Shown piece by piece: positions 21,101 to 33,920 of a stretch of 64,000 nucleotides of DNA. The position numbers and the translations under genes are program-made. The stretch lies in contig OZ024741.1 in assembly GCA_964016885.1 (NCBI GenBank), positions 16,554,001 to 16,618,000 of the forward strand, given 5' to 3'. Numbering within the stretch: the stretch's first letter is position 1; every line of letters begins with the position of its first letter. The notes below the pieces were generated by a model. The model made no database searches. It was not told where the DNA came from and saw nothing but the letters and a program-made list of their open reading frames with translations. The stretch comes from Eledone cirrhosa (taxonomy: Eukaryota).

Positions 21101-24100
21101 GTGGCTGTGTGTGGCTGTGTGTGGCTGTGTGGCTGTGTGGCTGTGTGTGGCTGTGTGGCTGTGTGTGGCTGTGAGTGGCTGTGTGTGTGGCTGTGAGTGG
21201 CTGTGTGGCTGTGTGGCTGTGTGGCTGTGAGTGGCTGTGTGTGTGGCTGTGAGTGGCTGTGTGGCTGTGTGTGGCTGTGTGGCTGTATGTGACTGTGTGT
21301 GGCTGTGTGGCTGTGTGTGGCTGTGTGTGGCTGTGTGGCTGTGTGTGGCTGTGTGGCTGTGTGTGGCTGTGTGGCTGTGTGGCTGTGTGTGGCTGTGTGG
21401 CTGTGTGTGTCTGTGTGGCTGTTTGTGGCTGTGTGGCTGTGTGTGTGGCTGTGAGTGGCTGTGTGTGGCTGTGTGTGGCTGTATGGCTGTGTGTGGCTGT
21501 GTGTGTGGCTGTGTGGCTGTGTGTGTGGCTGTGTGTGGCTGTGTGTGGCTGTGTGGCTGTGTGTGTGTGGCTGTGTGTGGCTGTGTGTGGCTGTGTGGCT
21601 GTATGTGGCTGTGTGTGGCTGTGTGGCTGTGTGTGGCTGTGTGGCTGTGTGTGGCTGTGTGGCTGTGTGTGGCTGTGTGGCTGTGTGTGGCTGTGTGTGG
21701 CTGTGTGGCTGTGTGTGGCTGTGTGGCTGTGTGTGGCTGTGTGGCTGTGTGTGTGGCTGTGAGTGGCTGTGTGTGGCTGTGTGTGGCTGTATGGCTGTGT
21801 GTGGCTGTGTGTGTGGCTGTGTGGCTGTGTGTGTGGCTGTGTGTGGCTGTGTGTGGCTGTGTGGCTGTGTGTGTGTGGCTGTGTGTGGCTGTGTGTGGCT
21901 GTGTGGCTGTGTGGCTGTGTGGCTGTGTGAGTGGCTGTGTGGCTGTGTGGCTGTGTGTGGCTGTGTGTGGCTGTGTGTGGCTGTGTGGCTGTGTGGCTGT
22001 GTGTGTGGCTGTGTGGCTGTGAGTGGCTGTGTGGCTGTGTGTGTGGCTGTGAGTGGCTGTGTGTGGCTGTGTGGCTGTGTGTGGCTGTGTGGCTGTGTGT
22101 GTGGCTGTGTGTGGCTGTGTGGCTGTGTGTGTGGCTGTGTGTGGCTGTGTGGCTGTGTGTGGCTGTGTGGCTGTGTGTGTGGCTGTGTGTGGCTGTGTGT
22201 GGCTGTGTGGCTGTGTGTGTGTGGCTGTGTGTGGCTGTGTGTGGCTGTGTGGCTGTGAGTGGCTGTATGTGGCTGTGTGTGGCTGTGTGGCTGTGTGTGG
22301 CTGTGTGGCTGTGTGTGGCTGTGTGGCTGTGTGTGGCTGTGTGGCTGTGTGTGGCTGTGTGGCTGTGTGTGGCTGTGTGTGGCTGTGTGGCTGTGTGTGG
22401 CTGTGTGGCTGTGTGTGGCTGTGTGGCTGTGTGTGTGGCTGTGAGTGGCTGTGTGTGGCTGTGTGTGGCTGTATGGCTGTGTGTGGCTGTGTGTGTGGCT
22501 GTGTGGCTGTGTGTGTGGCTGTGTGTGGCTGTGTGTGGCTGTGTGGCTGTGTGTGTGTGGCTGTGTGTGGCTGTGTGTGGCTGTGTGGCTGTGTGGCTGT
22601 GTGGCTGTGTGGCTGTGTGGCTGTGTGAGTGGCTGTGTGGCTGTGTGGCTGTGTGTGGCTGTGTGTGGCTGTGTGTGGCTGTGTGGCTGTGTGGCTGTGT
22701 GTGTGGCTGTGTGGCTGTGAGTGGCTGTGTGGCTGTGTGGCTGTGTGTGGCTGTGTGTGGCTGTGTGGCTGTGTGTGTGGCTGTGAGTGGCTGTGTGTGG
22801 CTGTGTGTGGCTGTGTGGCTGTGTGTGTGGCTGTGTGTGGCTGTGTGGCTGTGTGTGTGGCTGTGTGTGGCTGTGTGTGGCTGTGTGGCTGTGTGTGTGT
22901 GGCTGTGTGGCTGTGTGTGGCTGTATGTGGCTGTGTGGCTGTGTGGCTGTGTGTGGCTGTATGTGGCTGTGTGGCTGTGTGTGGCTGTGTGGCTGTGTGT
23001 GGCTGTGTGGCTGTGTGTGGCTGTGTGTGGCTGTGTGGCTGTGTGTGGCTGTGTGGCTGTGTGTGGCTGTGTGGCTGTGTGTGTGGCTGTGAGTGGCTGT
23101 GTGTGGCTGTGTGTGGCTGTATGGCTGTGTGTGGCTGTGTGTGTGGCTGTGTGGCTGTGTGGCTGTGTGTGGCTGTGTGTGGCTGTGTGTGGCTGTGTGG
23201 CTGTGTGTGTGGCTGTGTGGCTGTGAGTGGCTGTGTGGCTGTGTGTGTGGCTGTGAGTGGCTGTGTGTGGCTGTGTGGCTGTGTGTGGCTGTGTGGCTGT
23301 GTGTGTGGCTGTGTGTGGCTGTGTGGCTGTGTGTGTGGCTGTGTGTGGCTGTGTGGCTGTGTGTGGCTGTGTGGCTGTGTGTGTGGCTGTGTGTGGCTGT
23401 GTGTGGCTGTGTGGCTGTGTGTGTGTGGCTGTGTGTGGCTGTGTGTGGCTGTGTGGCTGTGAGTGGCTGTATGTGGCTGTGTGTGGCTGTGTGGCTGTGT
23501 GTGGCTGTGTGGCTGTGTGTGGCTGTGTGGCTGTGTGTGGCTGTGTGGCTGTGTGTGGCTGTGTGGCTGTGTGTGGCTGTGTGTGGCTGTGTGGCTGTGT
23601 GTGGCTGTGTGGCTGTGTGTGGCTGTGTGGCTGTGTGTGTGGCTGTGAGTGGCTGTGTGTGGCTGTGTGTGGCTGTGTGGCTGTGTGTGTGGCTGTGTGT
23701 GGCTGTGTGTGGCTGTGTGGCTGTGTGTGTGTGGCTGTGTGTGGCTGTGTGTGGCTGTGTGGCTGTGAGTGGCTGTATGTGGCTGTGTGTGGCTGTGTGG
23801 CTGTGTGTGGCTGTGTGGCTGTGTGTGGCTGTGTGGCTGTGTGTGGCTGTGTGGCTGTGTGTGGCTGTGTGGCTGTGTGTGGCTGTGTGTGGCTGTGTGG
23901 CTGTGTGTGGCTGTGTGGCTGTGTGTGGCTGTGTGGCTGTGTGTGTGGCTGTGAGTGGCTGTGTGTGGCTGTGTGTGGCTGTGTGTGGCTGTGTGGCTGT
24001 GTGTGGCTGTGTGGCTGTGTGTGGCTGTGTGGCTGTGTGTGGCTGTGTGGCTGTGTGTGGCTGTGTGGCTGTGTGTGGCTGTGTGGCTTTGTGCGGCTGT

Positions 24101-27100
24101 GTGGCTGTGTGTGGCTGTGTGTGGCTGTGTGTGGCTGTGTGTGGCTGTGTGTGGCTGTGTGTGGCTGTGTGTGGCTGTGTGGCTGTGTGTGGCTGTGTGG
24201 CTGTGTGTGGCTGTGTGGCTGTGTGTGTGGCTGTGAGTGGCTGTGTGTGGCTGTGTGTGGCTGTATGGCTGTGTGTGGCTGTGTGTGTGGCTGTGTGGCT
24301 GTGTGGCTGTGTGTGGCTGTGTGTGGCTGTGTGTGGCTGTGTGGCTGTGTGTGGCTGTGTGTGGCTGTATGTGGCTGTGTGTGGCTGTGTGGCTGTGTGT
24401 GGCTGTGTGTGTGGCTGTGTGGCTGTGTGTGGCTGTGTGTGGCTGTGTGTGGCTGTGTGGCTGTGTGTGGCTGTGTGTGGCTGTATGTGGCTGTGTGTGG
24501 CTGTGTGTGTGGCTGTGTGGCTGTGAGTGGCTGTGTGGCTGTGTGTGTGGCTGTGAGTGGCTGTGTGTGGCTGTGTGGCTGTGTGTGGCTGTGTGGCTGT
24601 GTGTGTGGCTGTGTGTGGCTGTGTGGCTGTGTGTGTGGCTGTGTGTGGCTGTGTGGCTGTGTGTGGCTGTGTGGCTGTGTGTGTGGCTGTGTGTGGCTGT
24701 GTGTGGCTGTGTGGCTGTGTGTGTGTGGCTGTGTGTGGCTGTGTGTGGCTGTGTGGCTGTGAGTGGCTGTGTGGCTGTGTGTGTGGCTGTGTGTGGCTGT
24801 GTGTGGCTGTGTGGCTGTGAGTGGCTGTATGTGGCTGTGTGTGGCTGTGTGGCTGTGTGTGGCTGTGTGGCTGTGTGTGGCTGTGTGGCTGTGTGTGGCT
24901 GTGTGGCTGTGTGTGGCTGTGTGGCTGTGTGTGGCTGTGTGGCTGTATGTGGCTGTGTGTGGCTGTGTGGCTGTGAGTGGCTGTGTGGCTGTGTGGCTGT
25001 GTGTGTGGCTGTGAGTGGCTGTGTGTGGCTGTGTGGCTGTGTGTGGCTGTGTGGCTGTGTGTGGCTGTGTGGCTGTGTGTGTGGCTGTGAGTGGCTGTGT
25101 GTGGCTGTGTGTGGCTGTGTGGCTGTGTGTGTGGCTGTGTGTGGCTGTGTGTGGCTGTGTGGCTGTGTGTGTGTGGCTGTGTGTGGCTGTGTGTGGCTGT
25201 GTGGCTGTGAGTGGCTGTATGTGGCTGTGTGTGGCTGTGTGGCTGTGTGTGGCTGTGTGGCTGTGTGTGGCTGTGTGGCTGTGTGTGGCTGTGTGTGGCT
25301 GTGTGGCTGTGTTTGGCTGTGTGGCTGTGTGTGGCTGTGTGGCTGTGTGTGTGGCTGTGAGTGGCTGTGTGTGGCTGTGTGTGGCTGTATGGCTGTGTGT
25401 GGCTGTGTGGCTGTGTGTGTGGCTGTGTGTGGCTGTGTGTGGCTGTGTGGCTGTGTGTGTGTGGCTGTGTGTGGCTGTGTGTGGCTGTGTGGCTGTGTGG
25501 CTGTGTGGCTGTGTGGCTGTGTGGCTGTGTGAGTGGCTGTGTGGCTGTGTGGCTGTGTGTGGCTGTGTGTGGCTGTGTGTGGCTGTGTGGCTGTGTGGCT
25601 GTGTGTGGCTGTGTGGCTGCGAGTGGCTGTGTGGCTGTGTGGCTGTGTGTGGCTGTGTGTGGCTGTGTGGCTGTGTGTGTGGCTGTGTGTGGCTGTGTGG
25701 CTGTGTGTGTGGCTGTGTGTGGCTGTGTGTGGCTGTGTGGCTGTGTGTGTGTGGCTGTGTGTGGCTGTGTGTGGCTGTGTGGCTGTGTGGCTGTGTGGCT
25801 GTGTGGCTGTGTGTGGCTGTGAGTGGCTGTGTGTGGCTGTGTGTGGCTGTGTGGCTGTGTGTGGCTGTGTGTGGCTGTGAGTGGCTGTGAGTGGCTGTGT
25901 GTGGCTGTGAGTGGCTGAGTGGCTGTGTGTGGCTGTGTGGCTGTGTGGCTGTGTGTGGCTGTGAGTGGCTGAGTGGCTGTGTGTGGCTGTGTGGCTGTGT
26001 GTGTGGCTGTGTGTGTGGCTGTGAGTGGCTGTGTGGCTGTGAGTGGCTGTGAGTGGCTGAGTGGCTGTGTGTGGCTGTGTGGCTGTGTGTGTGGCTGTGT
26101 GTGTGGCTGTGAGTGGCTGTGTGGCTGTGTGACTGTGTGGCTGTGTGGCTGTGTGGCTGTGTGTGGCTGTGTGGCTGTGTGTGTCTGTGTGGCTGTTTGT
26201 GGCTGTGTGGCTGTGTGTGTGGCTGTGAGTGGCTGTGTGTGGCTGTGTGTGGCTGTATGGCTGTGTGTGGCTGTGTGTGTGGCTGTGTGGCTGTGTGTGT
26301 GGCTGTGTGTGGCTGTGTGTGGCTGTGTGGCTGTGTGTGTGTGGCTGTGTGTGGCTGTGTGTGGCTGTGTGGCTGTATGTGGCTGTGTGTGGCTGTGTGG
26401 CTGTGTGTGGCTGTGTGGCTGTGTGTGGCTGTGTGGCTGTGTGTGGCTGTGTGGCTGTGTGTGGCTGTGTGTGGCTGTGTGGCTGTGTGTGGCTGTGTGG
26501 CTGTGTGTGGCTGTGTGGCTGTGTGTGTGGCTGTGAGTGGCTGTGTGTGGCTGTGTGTGGCTGTATGGCTGTGTGTGGCTGTGTGTGTGGCTGTGTGGCT
26601 GTGTGTGTGGCTGTGTGTGGCTGTGTGTGGCTGTGTGGCTGTGTGTGTGTGGCTGTGTGTGGCTGTGTGTGGCTGTGTGGCTGTGTGGCTGTGTGGCTGT
26701 GTGAGTGGCTGTGTGGCTGTGTGGCTGTGTGTGGCTGTGTGTGGCTGTGTGTGGCTGTGTGGCTGTGTGGCTGTGTGTGTGGCTGTGTGGCTGTGAGTGG
26801 CTGTGTGGCTGTGTGTGTGGCTGTGAGTGGCTGTGTGTGGCTGTGTGGCTGTGTGTGGCTGTGTGGCTGTGTGTGTGGCTGTGTGTGGCTGTGTGGCTGT
26901 GTGTGTGGCTGTGTGTGGCTGTGTGGCTGTGTGTGGCTGTGTGGCTGTGTGTGTGGCTGTGTGTGGCTGTGTGTGGCTGTGTGGCTGTGTGTGTGTGGCT
27001 GTGTGTGGCTGTGTGTGGCTGTGTGGCTGTGAGTGGCTGTATGTGGCTGTGTGTGGCTGTGTGGCTGTGTGTGGCTGTGTGTGGCTGTGTGGCTGTGTGT

Positions 27101-30100
27101 GGCTGTGTGGCTGTGTGTGGCTGTGTGTGGCTGTGTGGCTGTGTGTGGCTGTGTGGCTGTGTGTGGCTGTGTGGCTGTGTGTGTGCCTGTGAGTGGCTGT
27201 GTGTGGCTGTGTGTGGCTGTATGGCTGTGTGTGGCTGTGTGTGTGGCTGTGTGGCTGTGTGTGTGGCTGTGTGTGGCTGTGTGTGGCTGTGTGGCTGTGT
27301 GTGTGTGGCTGTGTGTGGCTGTGTGTGGCTGTGTGGCTGTGTGGCTGTGTGGCTGTGTGGCTGTGTGGCTGTGTGAGTGGCTGTGTGGCTGTGTGGCTGT
27401 GTGTGGCTGTGTGTGGCTGTGTGTGGCTGTGTGGCTGTGTGGCTGTGTGTGTGGCTGTGTGGCTGTGAGTGGCTGTGTGGCTGTGTGGCTGTGTGTGGCT
27501 GTGTGTGGCTGTGTGGCTGTGTGTGTGGCTGTGAGTGGCTGTGTGTGGCTGTGTGTGGCTGTGTGGCTGTGTGTGTGGCTGTGTGTGGCTGTGTGGCTGT
27601 GTGTGTGGCTGTGTGTGGCTGTGTGTGGCTGTGTGGCTGTGTGTGTGTGGCTGTGTGGCTGTGTGTGGCTGTATGTGGCTGTGTGGCTGTGTGGCTGTGT
27701 GTGGCTGTATGTGGCTGTGTGGCTGTGTGTGGCTGTGTGGCTGTGTGTGGCTGTGTGGCTGTGTGTGGCTGTGTGTGGCTGTGTGGCTGTGTGTGGCTGT
27801 GTGGCTGTGTGTGGCTGTGTGGCTGTGTGTGTGGCTGTGAGTGGCTGTGTGTGGCTGTGTGTGGCTGTATGGCTGTGTGTGGCTGTGTGTGTGGCTGTGT
27901 GGCTGTGTGGCTGTGTGTGGCTGTGTGTGGCTGTGTGTGGCTGTGTGGCTGTGTGGCTGTGTGTGTGGCTGTGTGGCTGTGAGTGGCTGTGTGGCTGTGT
28001 GTGTGGCTGTGAGTGGCTGTGTGTGGCTGTGTGGCTGTGTGTGGCTGTGTGGCTGTGTGTGTGGCTGTGTGTGGCTGTGTGGCTGTGTGTGTGGCTGTGT
28101 GTGGCTGTGTGGCTGTGTGTGGCTGTGTGGCTGTGTGTGTGGCTGTGTGTGGCTGTGTGTGGCTGTGTGGCTGTGTGTGTGTGGCTGTGTGTGGCTGTGT
28201 GTGGCTGTGTGGCTGTGAGTGGCTGTATGTGGCTGTGTGTGGCTGTGTGGCTGTGTGTGGCTGTGTGGCTGTGTGTGGCTGTGTGGCTGTGTGTGGCTGT
28301 GTGGCTGTGTGTGGCTGTGTGGCTGTGTGTGGCTGTGTGTGGCTGTGTGGCTGTGTGTGGCTGTGTGGCTGTGTGTGGCTGTGTGGCTGTGTGTGTGGCT
28401 GTGAGTGGCTGTGTGTGGCTGTGTGTGGCTGTGTGGCTGTGTGTGTGGCTGTGTGTGGCTGTGTGTGGCTGTGTGGCTGTGTGTGTGTGGCTGTGTGTGG
28501 CTGTGTGTGGCTGTGTGGCTGTGAGTGGCTGTATGTGGCTGTGTGTGGCTGTGTGGCTGTGTGTGGCTGTGTGGCTGTGTGTGGCTGTGTGGCTGTGTGT
28601 GGCTGTGTGGCTGTGTGTGGCTGTGTGGCTGTGTGTGGCTGTGTGTGGCTGTGTGGCTGTGTGTGGCTGTGTGGCTGTGTGTGGCTGTGTGGCTGTGTGT
28701 GTGGCTGTGAGTGGCTGTGTGTGGCTGTGTGTGGCTGTGTGTGGCTGTGTGGCTGTGTGTGGCTGTGTGGCTGTGTGTGTGGCTGTGAGTGGCTGTGTGT
28801 GGCTGTGTGGCTGTGTGTGGCTGTGTGGCTGTGTGTGGCTGTGTGGCTGTATGTGGCTGTGTGTGTGGCTGTGTGTGGCTGTGTGGCTGTGTGTGTGGCT
28901 GTGTGTGGCTGTGTGGCTGTGTGTGGCTGTGTGGCTGTGTGTGTGGCTGTGTGTGGCTGTGTGTGGCTGTGTGGCTGTGTGTGTGTGGCTGTGTGTGGCT
29001 GTGTGTGGCTGTGTGGCTGTGAGTGGCTGTGTGGCTGTGTGGCTGTGTGTGTGGCTGTATGTGGCTGTGTGTGGCTGTGTGGCTGTGTGTGGCTGTGTGG
29101 CTGTGTGTGGCTGTGTGGCTGTGTGTGGCTGTGTGGCTGTGTGTGGCTGTGTGGCTGTGTGTGGCTGTGTGGCTGTATGTGGCTGTGTGTGGCTGTGTGG
29201 CTGTGAGTGGCTGTGTGGCTGTGTGGCTGTGTGTGTGGCTGTGAGTGGCTGTGTGTGGCTGTGTGGCTGTGTGTGGCTGTGTGGCTGTGTGTGGCTGTGT
29301 GGCTGTGTGTGTGGCTGTGAGTGGCTGTGTGTGGCTATGTGTGGCTGTGTGGCTGTGTGTGTGGCTGTGTGTGGCTGTGTGTGGCTGTGTGGCTGTGTGT
29401 GTGTGGCTGTGTGTGGCTGTGTGTGGCTGTGTGGCTGTGAGTGGCTGTATGTGGCTGTGTGTGGCTGTGTGGCTGTGTGTGGCTGTGTGGCTGTGTGTGG
29501 CTGTGTGGCTGTGTGTGGCTGTGTGGCTGTGTGTGGCTGTGTGGCTGTGTGTGGCTGTGTGTGGCTGTGTGGCTGTGTGTGGCTGTGTGGCTGTGTGTGG
29601 CTGTGTGGCTGTGTGTGTGGCTGTGAGTGGCTGTGTGTGGCTGTGTGTGGCTGTATGGCTGTGTGTGGCTGTGTGTGTGGCTGTGTGGCTGTGTGTGTGG
29701 CTGTGTGTGGCTGTGTGTGGCTGTGTGGCTGTGTGTGTGTGGCTGTGTGTGGCTGTGTGTGGCTGTGTGGCTGTGTGGCTGTGTGGCTGTGTGGCTGTGT
29801 GGCTGTGTGAGTGGCTGTGTGGCTGTGTGGCTGTGTGTGGCTGTGTGTGGCTGTGTGTGGCTGTGTGGCTGTGTGGCTGTGTGTGTGGCTGTGTGGCTGT
29901 GAGTGGCTGTGTGGCTGTGTGGCTGTGTGTGGCTGTGTGTGGCTGTGTGGCTGTGTGTGTGGCTGTGTGTGGCTGTGTGGCTGTGTGTGTGGCTGTGTGT
30001 GGCTGTGTGTGGCTGTGTGGCTGTGTGTGTGTGGCTGTGTGTGGCTGTGTGTGGCTGTGTGGCTGTGTGGCTGTGTGGCTGTGTGGCTGTGTGTGGCTGT

Positions 30101-31640
30101 GAGTGGCTGTGTGTGGCTGTGTGTGGCTGTGTGTGGCTGTGAGTGGCTGTGAGTGGCTGTGTGTGGCTGTGAGTGGCTGAGTGGCTGTGTGTGGCTGTGT
30201 GGCTGTGTGGCTGTGTGTGGCTGTGAGTGGCTGAGTGGCTGTGTGTGGCTGTGTGGCTGTGTGTGTGGCTGTGTGTGTGGCTGTGAGTGGCTGTGTGGCT
30301 GTGAGTGGCTGTGAGTGGCTGAGTGGCTGTGTGTGGCTGTGTGGCTGTGTGTGTGGCTGTGTGTGTGGCTGTGAGTGGCTGTGTGGCTGTGTGACTGTGT
30401 GGCTGTGTGGCTGTGTGTGGCTGTGTGTGTGGCTGTGAGTGGCTGTGTGGCTGTGAGTGGCTGTGAGTGGCTGAGTGGCTGTGTGTGGCTGTGTGTGTGG
30501 CTGTGAGTGGCTGTGTGGCTGTGTGGCTGTGTGGCTGTGTGGCTGTGTGGCTGTGTGTGGCTGTGTGAGTGGCTGTGTGGCTGTGTGGCTGTGTGTGGCT
30601 GTGAGTGGCTGTGTGGCTGTGTGTAGCTGTGAGTGGCTGAGTGGCTGTGTGTGGCTGTGTGGCTGTGTGTGTGGCTGCGTGTGTGGCTGTGAGTGGCTGT
30701 GTGGCTGTGTGACTGTGTGGCTGTGTGGCTGTGTGTGGCTGTGAGTGGCTGTGTGGCTGTGAGTGGCTGTGAGTGGCTGAGTGGCTGAGTGGCTGTGTGG
30801 CTGTGTGTGTGGCTGTGTGAGTGGCTGTGTGGCTGTGTGGCTGTGTGTGGCTGTGTGTGGCTGTGTGTGGCTGTGTGGCTCTGTGTGTGGCTGTGAGTGG
30901 CTGTGTGGCTGTGTGTGGCTGTGAGTGGCTGAGTGGCTGTGTGTGGCTGTGTGGCTGTGTGTGTGGCTGTGTGTGTGGCTGTGAGTGGCTGTGTGGCTGT
31001 GAGTGGCTGTGTGTGGCTGTGTGGCTGTGTGTGTGGCTGTGTGTGTGGCTGTGAGTGGCTGTGTGGCTGTGAGTGGCTGTGAGTGGCTGAGTGGCTGTGT
31101 GTGGCTGTGTGTGTGGCTGTGTGTGTGGCTGTGAGTGGCTGTGTGGCTGTGTGGCTGTGTGTGGCTGTGTGTGTGGCTGTGAGTGGCTGTGTGTGGCTGT
31201 GTGAGTGGCTGTGTGGCTGTGTGGCTGTGTGGCTGTGTGTGGCTGTGTGGCTGTGTGTGTGGCTGTGTGAGTGGCTGTGTGTAGCTGTGTGGCTGTGTGG
31301 CTGTGTGTGGCCGTGAGTGGCTGTGTGGCTGTGTGTGGCTGTGTGGCTGTGTGTGTGGCTGTGTGGTTGTGTGGCTGTGTGTGGCTGTGTGGCTGTGTGG
31401 CTGTGTGGCCGTGTGTGTGGCTGTGTGTAGCTGTGTGGCTGTGTAGCTGTTTGGCTGTGTGTGGCTGTGTGGCTGTGAGTGGCTGTGTGACTGTGTGTGG
31501 CTGTGTGGCTGTGTGGCTGTGAGTGGCTGTGTGGCTGTGTGGCTGTGTGGCTATGTGTGGCTGTGTGTGTGTGTGTGTGTGTGTGGCTGTGTGTGTGTGT
31601 GTGTGTGTGTAGCTGTGTGTGTGTGTGGCTGTGTGTGTGT
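9104..31640. repeat. ~22.5-kb GGCT(GT)n satellite of 8/10/12/14-bp monomers (GGCTGTGT, GGCTGTGTGT, GGCTGTGAGT, GGCTGTATGT) with higher-order repeats
   Basis: Uninterrupted array in which rare variants recur at fixed offsets (6508 bp). Confidence 0.99.
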
Positions 31641-31779
31641 GTTTCTGTGTGTGTGTGGCAGTGTGTGTTTGTACATGTGTATCTTTTTGGGCACATGACT
31701 GTGTATGCGTGTGTCCACCCACATACCCCCATCCCCCACTTTATCACAACTTTCAATTACTCTCAAATACCCCCCACAC

Positions 31780-32990
31780 ACTTATTAAATATTATTTTAA
31801 TTAGTAGCATTCCTGCGACAATTAATGTTCTTTATACATTACAAGACATTATACAGGACAATAAAAGTACATTACTAGAAATCCCATATGTTATGAAATA
31901 GGAAGGGCTAGGGTCTCAATATGTAAACTAAGCGACTAATTCTGGTTTTTTTTATTATCAACGGAGACAACCTAAGGACACAAATAAATTGCTACGGCCG
32001 TCGCTGGTGGGCTCCCCCACTACAGGGGACTAGGGTAATTACCCCCCTTTCCCCCCATTAAATCCGGCCCTGCTCCCGGCTTATTGCCAACCGTTGTCGG
32101 CTTGCATGTTCGTTACTTAAGACACCGTTCGTAAACCGAGATGTTTTAGTTCAGAAAAATTTTTCGTGAACCGATTTATTCATGGTGAGAGGGTTCGTGA
32201 CCCGAGGTTCTTGCTTGCATTAACTACATTGTTTCTTTCCAGGGATTATGTTGAAAAATAAACCTCATTTGGTCATTCCATGAGAGTATCTTAGTCAGTC
32301 TACGAACTTTTCAGCTGGCCCTCGTATGAATCGCGAAAAAACAAATCTATTCTTTACATTCCATCATTATGCTCGTAATCAACCACTGCGGTGGATTGGC
32401 AGTATCGGTAGAGGGTCACACATCATGCTTTCCAGCATAGAGTTACGGCCCTTTACGGTCCGTGTACAAATCCCGTCGAGGTTAACTTTTCCTTTCATCC
32501 TTACGGGGTCGATAAAATAAAGTACCAGTCATACACTGGAATAATTGCTGTTATTCATTATAAAGAAAGTCGGTGCTAAACTATAGTTATCTCTCGGAGT
32601 ATTTGTGTTCAACCCTTAATGTTCTGAGTTCTAATCCTGCCATGTTTTCTATCACCCCATACAGCATCAATGAAAGACAGGTTTGATTTGTGGACCTTGT
32701 TAAATATTACGTACCCTCGGGTCTCCAATAAACACCCCACTTCCAAGCTTATTAATTTTTCAGATTTTTTCCACCCCCCCGCTCTTTAACCCCCCCCCCC
32801 CCGCTCTACTTATTAAATTTTGCTAATCTATCTCCGGCGAAATTTATTTAAATTTTCTTTACACATTAAAAATAAGACAAAGAAATACATTACTAGAAAT
32901 CCCATGTTATAAACTAAATGGGGGGAGGGGTCTCAATATGTAAACTAATCGACTAATTCTGTTTTTTTTTAGTATCAACGGAGACTGATT
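31780..32990 (+). repeat. two diverged copies (~31780-31970 and ~32810-32985) of an unclassified dispersed repeat, possibly a DNA-transposon relic
   Basis: Shared tacattactagaaatcccat...gggtctcaatatgtaaactaa.cgactaattctg...tatcaacggagac. Confidence 0.7.
32388..32550 (+). mobile_element. tRNA-derived SINE with Meta(MESC)-like core
   Basis: A-box-like tggcagtatcggtagag and B-box-like gt.caaatccc, followed by gaggttaacttt.cctttcatccttacggggtcgataaaataaagtaccagt. Confidence 0.85.
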
Positions 32991-33131
32991 TTCCACCTTC
33001 GACCCTCTTATCCCCCCCCCCTGTTATTCCAGCCTCACCACTTATTCCCCCACCCCGCTTATCCCCCTCCCCTAAACAAAAAGTAGACAGAAAGCTAGAA
33101 TGAGTTTTGTATTCAATGACAAGGCGAGGCT

Positions 33132-33920
33132 GTAACCCGACTACATGTGTGTAACCTGACTACATGTGTTAACCCAACCACATGTGTGTAACCTGACTAC
33201 ATGTGTTAACCCAACCACATGTGTGTAACCTGACTACATGTGTTAACCCAACCACATGTGTGTAACCCAACCACATGTGTGTAACCTGACTACATGTGTT
33301 AACCCAACCACATGTGTGTAACCTGACTACATGTGTTAACCCAACCACATGTGTGTAACCCAACCACATGTGTTAACCCAACTACATGTGTGTAACCCAA
33401 CCACATATGTGTAACCCAACCACATGTGTGTAACCCAACCACATGTGTAACCCAACCACATGTGTTAACCCGACTGCATGTGTTAACCCGACTGAATGTG
33501 TGTAACCCAACTACATGTGTGTAATCCGACTGCATGTGTGTAACCCGATTGCATGTGTTAACCCGACTGCATGTGTGTAACCTGACTGCATGTGTGTAAC
33601 CTGACTGCATGTGTTAACCCGACTGAATGTGTGTAACCCGACTGCATGTGTGTAACCCGATTGCATGTGTTAACCCGACTGCATGTGTGTAACCCGATTG
33701 CATGTGTTAACCCGACTGAATGTGTGTAACCCGACTGCATGTGTTAACCCGACTGCATGTGTGTAATCTGACTGCATGTGTTAACCCGACTGAATGTGTG
33801 TAACCCAACCACATGTGTTAACCCAACTACATGTGTATAACCCAACTGCATGTGTTAACCCGACTGCATGTGTGTAACCTGACTGCATATGTTAACCCGA
33901 CTGAATGTGTGTAACCCGAA
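33132..33920. repeat. minisatellite of ~18-20-bp units (TAACCCGACTGCATGTGTG / TAACCCAACCACATGTGTG)
   Basis: Read directly; the dominant unit variant shifts along the array. Confidence 0.95.

Noticed and set aside
9096-31698. Dozens of Cys/Val/Trp/Gly ORFs resembling metallothionein or keratin-associated proteins
   Set aside because: They are translations of GGCT(GT)n in all three frames with alternative start codons.
19463-31756. 4097-aa His/Thr/Ser/Gln/Pro-rich ORF (and the 795-aa ORF) on the minus strand
   Set aside because: The CA-rich satellite strand almost never contains stop codons in any frame, and monomer lengths of 8 and 10 bp do not preserve frame. Not a gene.
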